The notes beneath the pieces are model-generated. The model saw only the letters and a program-made list of their open reading frames with translations. It did not search any database and was not told the origin of the DNA. Shown piece after piece: positions 10,314-18,694 of a stretch of DNA of 64,000 nucleotides. Position 1 is the stretch's first letter, and each line of letters opens with the position of its first letter. The translations under genes and the position numbers were made by a program. Origin of the DNA: an uncultured virus (IMG/VR IMGVR_UViG_3300048127_000199) (Duplodnaviria > Heunggongvirae > Uroviricota > Caudoviricetes); IMG/VR virus record IMGVR_UViG_3300048127_000199. One strand, given 5' to 3'.

Positions 10314-11419
10314 TGACAGAAACACAATCAAATACATTTTTAAAATCTTTTCTTAAAAACAATAAAGAGTATCACTATAATTTTGAAGAAGAGATAGATT
10401 ATAAAGTCTCAAGCGGCAGTCTTAGGATGGACTTTGAGCTTGGAGGAGGATTCGGCCCAGGGCTTCACAGGTTTGTAGGAATGAATGAAGGGGGCAAAAC
10501 ATCCGAATCTCTAGAAGTTATGAAAAACTTTTTAAATACGCAAGAAAAAAGTAAAGGTTTCTTCATTAAAGCAGAAGGGCGGTTAAGTCCTGAAATGAGG
10601 TTACGCTCAGGAATAAATTTTGTATTTTCTGAAGATGAATGGGTAGAAGGAACTTGTTTTGTTTTCGAAAGTAACGTTTATGAAACAGTTTTAGAGGTCA
10701 TGAAGATGTTAATATTAAACAATGACGACGGAAACAAATACTGCTTTGTACTTGATTCTCTAGATGGACTAATCACTAAAGATGACTTAAATAAATCTTT
10801 TGAAGATGCTCATAAAGTTGCTGGAGGAGCGCTGCTTGGCGCAAAGTTCATGCAAAGAATGAGTATATCTTTAGCGAAAAGAGGCCACATGGCGATATTC
10901 ATATCTCAAGTGAGAGCAGACATCAAGCTAGACCCATACTCAAAAGCACCAGTAAGGCAAACTAGCGCAACTGGAGGTAATGCTTTATTACACTTTGCAA
11001 ATTTTATATTAGAATTTCAGCCTAGGTTTAAAAAAGATATCATATTAGAAGATCAAGCTAAACCAGTTTGTCCAGATAAAAATCCTATGCTCGGGCATCT
11101 AGTAAGTATCGCAGTTAAAAAATCTCCCAACGAAAAAACAAACTATACATTAAACTACCCAATTAAATATGGAAGACAGGGAGGTAATTCAGTGTGGGTT
11201 GAGAGAGAGATTATAGATATGCTTTATTTATGGGGTTATATAAATAAAAAAGGAGCATGGATTAGTGTTGAAGAAGAGTTTATTAATATATTAAAAGATA
11301 ATAAATTTGAATTTCCCGAAAAAATACAAGGCGACTCTAAATTAAATAATCATTTAGAAGAAAATGCGGACTTAGTTAAATTTTTAATTAATCATTTTAA
11401 AGAAATTATATCCAAGTGA
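10313..11419 (+). CDS. RecA/UvsX-like recombinase
   Basis: SSGSLRMDFELGGG, Walker A GMNEGGKT, Walker B FVLDSL, FISQVR, GGNALLHFA. Confidence 0.9.
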   Translation: MTETQSNTFLKSFLKNNKEYHYNFEEEIDYKVSSGSLRMDFELGGGFGPGLHRFVGMNEGGKTSESLEVMKNFLNTQEKSKGFFIKAEGRLSPEMRLRSGINFVFSEDEWVEGTCFVFESNVYETVLEVMKMLILNNDDGNKYCFVLDSLDGLITKDDLNKSFEDAHKVAGGALLGAKFMQRMSISLAKRGHMAIFISQVRADIKLDPYSKAPVRQTSATGGNALLHFANFILEFQPRFKKDIILEDQAKPVCPDKNPMLGHLVSIAVKKSPNEKTNYTLNYPIKYGRQGGNSVWVEREIIDMLYLWGYINKKGAWISVEEEFINILKDNKFEFPEKIQGDSKLNNHLEENADLVKFLINHFKEIISK

Positions 11420-11823
11420 AGTTTAAAACTACCTCTGGAGTGATCAAGCGAGCAAAAACTCCTAAAAAATATTTTATTAATTGGAGTGCAGAAAGCAAAA
11501 GTAAATTCCAAAAAAGCGTAAAAGATTTTCTTTTTGATTTTTGGCGCTATGACGTAGTGCTTGAGGAATTTCCTATTCCTGGAAGTAGACTTTCAATAGA
11601 TTTTTTTAATGTAAATAAAAAAATTGCAGTAGAAGTTCAAGGAGATCAGCACATTAAGTATGTGCCTTATTTTCACCAAACAAAAGGCAACTATCTCCAT
11701 CAATTAAGAAAAGACAAAGATAAAGAAAATTTTTGCAAAATAAATAATATTACTCTAGTAGAAATATTCACAGACGATGTTGTATCTAAAGATTTATTTA
11801 AAAAGTATAATATAGATTTATAG
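11416..11823 (+). CDS. PD-(D/E)XK/DUF559-Vsr-like endonuclease
   Basis: EEFPI..LSIDFF..IAVEVQGDQH..D..K...C. Confidence 0.75.
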   Translation: MKFKTTSGVIKRAKTPKKYFINWSAESKSKFQKSVKDFLFDFWRYDVVLEEFPIPGSRLSIDFFNVNKKIAVEVQGDQHIKYVPYFHQTKGNYLHQLRKDKDKENFCKINNITLVEIFTDDVVSKDLFKKYNIDL

Positions 11824-11836
11824 TGTAAAGCTTTTT

Positions 11837-12094
11837 ATGAGAGATTTCGATCCAAACAATTTAGGGCGCTTTGAAATGCCCGAAGAAATATTTGAAAAAA
11901 TATATGAACTTTCTGGAGGTGTAGAAGAATCCTCCAAAGGATTCTTGTTAGCTTATGTAAACAGCGAAGGAGAACCAATAATACATTCTAAAGCCCCAAA
12001 TCAAATAGTGCATATGGGGTTGATTAAGGCTATCGAGCAATTCCTTATTCAAATGGAATCTCAAGAAGATATGCCTCCTCCGTCAGAAGATTAA
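11837..12094 (+). CDS. Hypothetical acidic protein
   Basis: ORF preceded by GTGTAA (11823-11828) at 8 nt. Confidence 0.65.
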   Translation: MRDFDPNNLGRFEMPEEIFEKIYELSGGVEESSKGFLLAYVNSEGEPIIHSKAPNQIVHMGLIKAIEQFLIQMESQEDMPPPSED

Positions 12095-12096
12095 TC

Positions 12097-12125
12097 TTGA
12101 CTTTTAAGGAGTTTATTGATATCAT
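12097..12125 (+). promoter_or_regulatory. sigma70-type promoter (leaderless)
   Basis: TTGACT-17-TATCAT, then 6 nt to ATG 12132. Confidence 0.75.
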
Positions 12126-12131
12126 TAAAAT

Positions 12132-13646
12132 ATGATATCGTCAAACGAACTAGAACAACATGTATTGGCTGGATTAATAAGGTATCCAGATATATTCCAT
12201 GACATTGAATATTTTATAGATGAAAAAGATTTTTATGATGAAGACTCTATAGTGCATAAAACTATATTTAAAATCATAAAACAATTAGCAAACGCATCTG
12301 AACCTATAGATCCAGTTATTATAGCAGAAAGAATTAATTCTATCGGAATTAGTTTTGAAGATAATATAAATGTATCTGATTATGTCCAAGCATTATCAAT
12401 GCGGAGAGTAGCAAAGAATCAAGTTATGTCTTCCTGTAAAGAGCTTAAGAAGCTGACAGTAAAAAGAGAGATTTGTAATTCTGCTAAAGAAGTAATTTCT
12501 TCAGTTAAAAGAATGCCAGCTGAATCTTCTTATTCAGAAATTGTGGGAGAAGCTGATGCGGTATTCAATAAAACTATCAACGTTTTTGACTCGGGGCAAG
12601 ACGCCCCTATGAACATCTATGAAAATATGGAGTCCATGATTGAAGAGTTAGGGAATAACCCCGTAACTGATTTTGGAATGAAAGGCCCGCATAAGAAATT
12701 ACATGATCTATATGGATCGCTTCTTAGACCAGGCAACATTACAGTCATAACAGCTAGGTCTGGAGTGGGTAAGACTCAATTTTGTATGGATTTTTGCACG
12801 AAAGTTTCAGCAGAACATAATGTTCCTATATTACACTTTGATAACGGCGAGATGAGTTTCGAAGAGCTCACAATGAGGCAGTGTGCAGCACTCAGCGGAG
12901 TACCCTTACATCTTTGTGAAACAGGCAAGTGGAGGACTGCGGGAGAAGAAGTATGTAATAAAATTAGATCAGTGTTCCCTAAAGTTAAAGGTCTACAGTT
13001 TTACTATCAAAACGTCGGGGGTCTTTCTGTTAATGAAATGATTAGCTTAGTAAAAAGATTTTATTACGGGAAAATCGGAAGAGGTAATCCGCTAATATTA
13101 AGTTTTGATTATATTAAAACCTCTTATTCGGAAAATGGCTCCAACATGAAAGAGTGGGAGCAAATTGGTAAAATGGTAAATGACTTTAAGAAGTGCATAC
13201 AAAGAGATATTGTTGTTGATGGAAAACCAGTCATACCTATGATTACTAGCGTACAAACTAATCGAATGGGGATCAGTCAAAACAGAAATTCGGACGCTGT
13301 TGTTGAAGATGAAAGCGTGGTATCATTATCAGACAGAATTACTCAGTTTTGCTCTCATATGTTTTTCTTAAGGCCAAAAACTACCGATGAGGTAGAATCA
13401 GATATGGGCTTCGGAACCCATAAACTAATAAATCTAAAATCTAGACATTTAGGTGATGACGTTTTTGGTGCCCTAGAGCCAGTTAAAATGCCAGATGGTA
13501 GATTGAAGAAAAATTATATCAATTTAAATTTTGATAATTTTGGCATAACAGAAGTAGGAGATTTAAGAGATCTAGTCGAACATCTAGAGGCTACAGGAGA
13601 GCCTATAATGGATGGAGATTCAGAGTTGCCTGATTTATTTTCTTAA
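12132..13646 (+). CDS. dnaB: Replicative DNA helicase, DnaB family
   Basis: N-terminal E..VL.GL domain, Walker A ARSGVGKT, GEM, DYI, Q.NR, K.R. Confidence 0.9.
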   Translation: MISSNELEQHVLAGLIRYPDIFHDIEYFIDEKDFYDEDSIVHKTIFKIIKQLANASEPIDPVIIAERINSIGISFEDNINVSDYVQALSMRRVAKNQVMSSCKELKKLTVKREICNSAKEVISSVKRMPAESSYSEIVGEADAVFNKTINVFDSGQDAPMNIYENMESMIEELGNNPVTDFGMKGPHKKLHDLYGSLLRPGNITVITARSGVGKTQFCMDFCTKVSAEHNVPILHFDNGEMSFEELTMRQCAALSGVPLHLCETGKWRTAGEEVCNKIRSVFPKVKGLQFYYQNVGGLSVNEMISLVKRFYYGKIGRGNPLILSFDYIKTSYSENGSNMKEWEQIGKMVNDFKKCIQRDIVVDGKPVIPMITSVQTNRMGISQNRNSDAVVEDESVVSLSDRITQFCSHMFFLRPKTTDEVESDMGFGTHKLINLKSRHLGDDVFGALEPVKMPDGRLKKNYINLNFDNFGITEVGDLRDLVEHLEATGEPIMDGDSELPDLFS

Positions 13647-13648
13647 TA

Positions 13649-14701
13649 ATGAGCCCTGATACTATTAAATCTGTGTTAAGTGAGCTCGGCTACAATTTAG
13701 TAGACCGAGGTTCTTACTGGCAAACTAATGCTCTCTTCCGCAATGGAGACAACTCGACCGCTATCCAGATATATAAAAACTCTGGAGTATGGAAAGATTA
13801 CGTCTCAGGAACCTCCTTTATGCCTTTCAAAACTTTAATTCAAGCTACATTAAAAACTAATGATAAAGAAATTATAAATAAATATTTAAAAAACATTGAC
13901 ACTCTTGACTTAGATAGCGTCGAACGTCAATATAAACCTACTCAAAAAATTATGTCAGAAGAAATATACCCAAAATCCGATATAGATAAATTTTTACCTC
14001 ATTATAAATTTTATGAAAATAAAGGTATATCTAAATCTATTCTACAAAAACTAAAGTCAGGATTCTGTACAGAAGGTAAGATGCATAATCGATTTGTATT
14101 TCCTATTTTTAATGAAAGCGGAATGATTCATGGATTAGCTGGTAGAGATATGCTTAAAGATGCTCCGAATAGACCCAAATGGAAACACATGGGGCAGAAA
14201 AACAACTGGATATACCCCTTATATGACGCAGACTCTCTAGCTAGAGAATATATAAACAATAAAGAAGAAGTTATTTTAGTTGAAAGTATAGGAGATTTAT
14301 TATCTTTACACGAGTCAGGTATTTATAATTGCCTTGTAACTTTCGGGCTCTCTGTTTCTCCTAAAATGATATGCGCCTTAGTCTCTTTAGCTCCTAAAAA
14401 AATAATATTATCTTTTAATAATGACTCAGACAAAGAAGAGAATAGAGGTGCAGATGCCTGCGTCAAAAACTATTTAAAGCTATTAGATTATTTTGATCAA
14501 AATTCATTATGCATATGCCTGCCCACAAAAAATGATTTTGGAGATATGAATATAGATGAAGTATCACAATGGCAAATTAAATTATCCAATATAGACCAAC
14601 TAAAACAACAACAATATATTTTAAAAAGATCAAGCGAATTAAGATCTAATAAAAAATTAGCTGAAAGCTTATACAAAAAAACAAAAAAAATAAAATTATG
14701 A
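13649..14701 (+). CDS. DNA primase (DnaG-like TOPRIM)
   Basis: RFVFPI..GLAGR..PKW, VESIGD, FNND, KNDFGD; adjacent to helicase. Confidence 0.85.
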   Translation: MSPDTIKSVLSELGYNLVDRGSYWQTNALFRNGDNSTAIQIYKNSGVWKDYVSGTSFMPFKTLIQATLKTNDKEIINKYLKNIDTLDLDSVERQYKPTQKIMSEEIYPKSDIDKFLPHYKFYENKGISKSILQKLKSGFCTEGKMHNRFVFPIFNESGMIHGLAGRDMLKDAPNRPKWKHMGQKNNWIYPLYDADSLAREYINNKEEVILVESIGDLLSLHESGIYNCLVTFGLSVSPKMICALVSLAPKKIILSFNNDSDKEENRGADACVKNYLKLLDYFDQNSLCICLPTKNDFGDMNIDEVSQWQIKLSNIDQLKQQQYILKRSSELRSNKKLAESLYKKTKKIKL

Positions 14702-15729
14702 AACGTGATGTTAGATTATCCGCCAGTAGAATTAGTACATTAAAAAAATGCAGTTGGACATATTGGGTAAAGTACGTACTCAAGCTTCCTGACACAACCA
14801 ATGCTGGAGCAAGTAGAGGTTGGATCTGCCACTTGATCTTTGAAATTCTTGGTGAGCCGCGACACAAAAAAGTTTATGATCGGCTTTTAGTAGCGAAAGA
14901 TATTTTTGAGGTTGAATCAATCAAGAGGCTCGTAATGCATCATGCTCGTAAAATGAATGTTGATGACACAGAAAATCTTCAGCTCATTAGCGATATGACA
15001 ATGGCTGGTTTAAACTTTGATTTCTTCGGGGACACATTCGCAAAACCCGATTTAGCTATTTCTGAAAAAGAATTTCTACTCGATGTGGACGAAGATGGCA
15101 AAAAGTATAAAGTTTTAGGTTTTATTGATAAATTATTTCTTTATAAATCTGCAAGCAAAGCTTTAATCAGGGACTTTAAAAGCAGCAAGAGTGTATTCAA
15201 AGGCAAAGACCTTGAAGATAACCTGCAAGATTTAATCTACTGCTTGGCAGTGAAAAGAATGTTTCCTGAATACAAAAATAGAGTAATGGAGTTTCTGTTT
15301 CTTAAGTTCAATCTCGAATCAAAGGGCAAAGTAATGATGCCTACAATTCTTGATGACGAGTTAGATGGGTTCGAATATGAACTCACGCAAATCCAAGACT
15401 ACTTAGAAAATTTTTCGGAAAAAGACGCTATGTCTAATTTCGCAGCAGACCAAGGATTCCCCAAAGATGGAAGCTTTGGAGGTTTATTAGCTTGCGGTAA
15501 AGATGGTTTTAAAATGAGTCGAGGGTCTCCAGTTCTAGACGAGAATGGAGAACCGATAAAAGCATTTATCTGCCCTTTTAGAAAAGGTTTCAATTATTAT
15601 GTATTAATTAATTCGGAAAATAAAATAATCAAAAGCTCATTTGAAGATGAGAAAGATAAGCTTGTCGCCAAAGAAGGTGAAACTGTTGAATTAAGAGAGT
15701 ATAAAGGTTGCCCAAAATGGGTTAATTAA
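14698..15729 (+). CDS. PD-(D/E)XK exonuclease (RecB/Cas4-like)
   Basis: LSASRI..C, G...H, GFIDKL, IRDFKS, Q...Y, C-terminal Cys residues. Confidence 0.8.
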   Translation: MKRDVRLSASRISTLKKCSWTYWVKYVLKLPDTTNAGASRGWICHLIFEILGEPRHKKVYDRLLVAKDIFEVESIKRLVMHHARKMNVDDTENLQLISDMTMAGLNFDFFGDTFAKPDLAISEKEFLLDVDEDGKKYKVLGFIDKLFLYKSASKALIRDFKSSKSVFKGKDLEDNLQDLIYCLAVKRMFPEYKNRVMEFLFLKFNLESKGKVMMPTILDDELDGFEYELTQIQDYLENFSEKDAMSNFAADQGFPKDGSFGGLLACGKDGFKMSRGSPVLDENGEPIKAFICPFRKGFNYYVLINSENKIIKSSFEDEKDKLVAKEGETVELREYKGCPKWVN

Positions 15730-15752
15730 ATTCTTTATTCCAAGGCAATATA

Positions 15753-16751
15753 TTAACCTGGCCCAGAAGCTACTTTTGGGACATTGGTTTTATAAGGGTG
15801 AGAACCATTTAAATTACCAGTAATTCCCCATTTGTGAGCTAGATATCCTTCGACTTGCTGCCTCTGTGAATTGCTTGGAGATTCATATATAATAACTTCA
15901 GCAACTTTTCCTGACGGTGAGTGATTTAGGGCTCGATTAGCAAAAATCGCTAAGTGTGCTGTTGATGCAACGTTATTAGTATATGAAATAGATGTTGTTC
16001 CACTTAATAAAGAGCCATTCACTAATAATTCAATTTTTTGATCTTCTGTTTTATCAAAGGAGACGCAAAATATATTAAAGCCCGTGATTTCAGTATTGCC
16101 CGCTGAAGTAGTTCCTAGGTTTGTATTTTTTAAAAGTCCATAAAATTTCGTAGAATTATTTGCTCCTAGTTGCCAGTCGTTATTATTAGAATCTTGTGCA
16201 ATTATTGAATCAAAAACGGAATCAACTCCAGTTACTTCACAAACAATAAAAAGAACCACGTCCCCGCTTGAAGGATTCGCAAAATTCTGCTTTATAAAAT
16301 AATCATTTCCATCAAAGTCAATAACATTTAACAAGTTCTGTGTGCTCGATCCTGTGGAAGGGTCTCCGTTTGCGACTACATGATTATTTTTCCCACTTTT
16401 ATCATTCCACTGGCTTACAGTACTGGATGAATGGGTAATGGATCCACTGTCACTTGCGTCTAACCAAAGTTCTGTAGCTATTTCTGCTGGAGTCCAGAGC
16501 TCTAGCTCTATAGCCGTGTTATCGAAATGTCTGTACCATTTATTTTGAAAGTAATACGCCATACATTGAGTATTATCTTCAGTGCCATCTGTAACTAAAA
16601 CAGTAGAACCATTATCAGCAACAAGAGGCAATGAGCCAGCATCATAACTCTTTATAGTAATCGAGTCCACTTCATCAATGATCTCGTTTACCTTGTTTCT
16701 TGCTTCATTAAGATCTACTTGAGTTTGATCAGAATTTAATTTGTCTACCAT
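15753..16751 (-). CDS. Putative tail fibre/receptor-binding protein with LamG/concanavalin-like domain
   Basis: LWLDASD..VSQWNDKSG..G.VAEVIIY..RQQVEGYLAHKWG; GTGTAA motif (16763-16768) 11 nt upstream. Confidence 0.65.
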   Translation of the reverse strand: MVDKLNSDQTQVDLNEARNKVNEIIDEVDSITIKSYDAGSLPLVADNGSTVLVTDGTEDNTQCMAYYFQNKWYRHFDNTAIELELWTPAEIATELWLDASDSGSITHSSSTVSQWNDKSGKNNHVVANGDPSTGSSTQNLLNVIDFDGNDYFIKQNFANPSSGDVVLFIVCEVTGVDSVFDSIIAQDSNNNDWQLGANNSTKFYGLLKNTNLGTTSAGNTEITGFNIFCVSFDKTEDQKIELLVNGSLLSGTTSISYTNNVASTAHLAIFANRALNHSPSGKVAEVIIYESPSNSQRQQVEGYLAHKWGITGNLNGSHPYKTNVPKVASGPG

Positions 16752-16762
16752 TTCAATATTTA

Positions 16763-17344
16763 TTACACTGTTTTGTTATTGTATAATTTGAAATACCTTT
16801 CATCATCGTTAATCGCATCAAGATACTTAGGTTGATAACAATCCAACCTATAGAAATAACTAGATTGATCTGGAGTTGGTTGATTAGTTTCTTGCGCTTT
16901 ACCCCAATATGTATACATTTTAATTAAATCGTCAGTAGAATGCTTTGTTTTGGAAAAATTCTTATCTGGTTTTTTATCTTTTTCAAACCCGATTGCATTA
17001 AATATTATAATTTTATATGGATTAAGAGGGCACTCCTCCATATATTTAATTAATTTTCTCCCCCTAATCATACCATCCTGCTTCGGGTTAAATCCCTTCT
17101 TTAAAAAAAGCCAGTCGAACAATATGATATTAGTATTAGATCTTTTGTGGTTAATTGGGCAATAATTAAGATAGTTTAACTGATACCCGCCTCCCAGGTT
17201 CACAGAATTATATTCTTTGCAATAATTTACATTATATCGCTTGCCTATATGAAGAAACATAGGGTCGTTTTCTATTTCATCAGAACGACAATTATCTTGA
17301 CTTAACTCAATCAACATGTTATTATTATATTTATATGATACCAA
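16763..17344 (-). CDS. Hypothetical protein (start uncertain, probably downstream of 17317)
   Basis: 193-codon ORF filling the gap; its 5' end overlaps the divergent promoter. Confidence 0.55.
   Translation of the reverse strand: MVSYKYNNNMLIELSQDNCRSDEIENDPMFLHIGKRYNVNYCKEYNSVNLGGGYQLNYLNYCPINHKRSNTNIILFDWLFLKKGFNPKQDGMIRGRKLIKYMEECPLNPYKIIIFNAIGFEKDKKPDKNFSKTKHSTDDLIKMYTYWGKAQETNQPTPDQSSYFYRLDCYQPKYLDAINDDERYFKLYNNKTV
17297..17325 (+). promoter_or_regulatory. sigma70-type promoter with extended -10
   Basis: TTGACT-17-TATTAT with TG at 17317; ATG at 17335. Confidence 0.7.
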
Positions 17345-18072
17345 TTTTCAAAAGTCATTATTCGATTGGAAAATCTATCTTAACTTTAAAAAATCCAGAA
17401 AAAGTTGAAGAAGATGGCGCTGATAGCGTTTTCTCTATAGCTCAAGAGTACAAACTCAAACAAGTTTGCTTAGTGGAGGACTCTTTAGTGGGCTTTTTAG
17501 AGGCGAAAAAAACCTCCGAAGAGTTAGGTATTAATTTATATTTCGGCCTCAGGATGGAAATTGAGAATGGTAGTTCCTATAAGGTTATTATCTTCGCCAA
17601 AAACAGTGAAGGCATCAAAGACTTAAACAGTATATATAGTGACAAATTTTGTTCAGAAGAAAAATTTTCTATAGATTCACTTAAATCTTTATGGACAGAT
17701 AATCTTTTGCTAGTTATACCTTTTTACGATTCTTTTATATTTAACAATACATTATCTTTTGCGGGATGCATGCCTGATTTTAATTTTACAAATCCATCTT
17801 TTTTACTAGAAGACAACGGCTTGCCATTTGACCATATAATAAGAAAAAAAGTATTAGATTACTGCAATACAAATCAACTTGAAACATTAGAAGCTAAAAG
17901 TATTTATTATAAAAACAAATCTGACTTTGATGCTTGGTTAACTTATAAAATTGCGACAAATAGACGCTTTGGAAAGAATCAATCATTATATTGCCCTAAT
18001 TTTGATCACCTTGGTAGTGATGAATTTTGCTTCGAATCTTACCTCAATAAAAATGACAGACAAACTTCTTAG
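17335..18072 (+). CDS. Stand-alone PHP domain of DNA polymerase III alpha
   Basis: KSHYSIGKSIL, A......V.LVEDSLVGF, FGLRM, IIFAKNSEG.K.L matches the DnaE N-terminus. Confidence 0.8.
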   Translation: MIPIFKSHYSIGKSILTLKNPEKVEEDGADSVFSIAQEYKLKQVCLVEDSLVGFLEAKKTSEELGINLYFGLRMEIENGSSYKVIIFAKNSEGIKDLNSIYSDKFCSEEKFSIDSLKSLWTDNLLLVIPFYDSFIFNNTLSFAGCMPDFNFTNPSFLLEDNGLPFDHIIRKKVLDYCNTNQLETLEAKSIYYKNKSDFDAWLTYKIATNRRFGKNQSLYCPNFDHLGSDEFCFESYLNKNDRQTS

Positions 18073-18694
18073 ATTTAATAAAAAACAAAAATATATATAT
18101 TTTGATTTCGAAACTTGTGGCTTAAATTTAGCCTCAAAAGAAAACAAGCCTTGGCAGCTTGCGTTTATAGTATCCGACGGAACTAAGATTGTTTCAGAAA
18201 AAGATTATTTAATCAAGTGGGACACTCTTGATATTTCTGATGGAGCCGCAAAAACAACAGGATTCTCTAGAGCTAAATACAACAAACTCTCTGTTGATCC
18301 AACAATGGTTCTCGATGAATTCGAGAAATACATTTATGACGATCAATATTTAATTATAGGGCACAATATACTAGGCTTTGATGTTTATATACATAATATA
18401 TTCAGAAAACTACTAGGCAGAGATACAGACTATTCTTACATAAATAGATGTATAGATACATTGTCTTTATCGAAAGCTAAATTAAAAGAAATTAAATTTG
18501 ACAAAAATCAAACTTTAATTAATTGGCAATACAGATTAAACTCTTTTAGAGAAAGAGGAATGAAGTGTAGCTTAAAAGTTATGTGCAAATTGTACGATAT
18601 ACCCTTTGACGAATCAAAACTGCATGATGCATTATATGATATCAGAATCAACAAACTATTATTCGAGAAATTATTATGGCAAATAGATATTTAA
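18053..18694 (+). CDS. DEDDh 3'-5' exonuclease (DnaQ/epsilon-like)
   Basis: DFETCG, GHNILGFD, IDTL, HDALYD; ATG 18053. Confidence 0.9.
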   Translation: MTDKLLRFNKKQKYIYFDFETCGLNLASKENKPWQLAFIVSDGTKIVSEKDYLIKWDTLDISDGAAKTTGFSRAKYNKLSVDPTMVLDEFEKYIYDDQYLIIGHNILGFDVYIHNIFRKLLGRDTDYSYINRCIDTLSLSKAKLKEIKFDKNQTLINWQYRLNSFRERGMKCSLKVMCKLYDIPFDESKLHDALYDIRINKLLFEKLLWQIDI

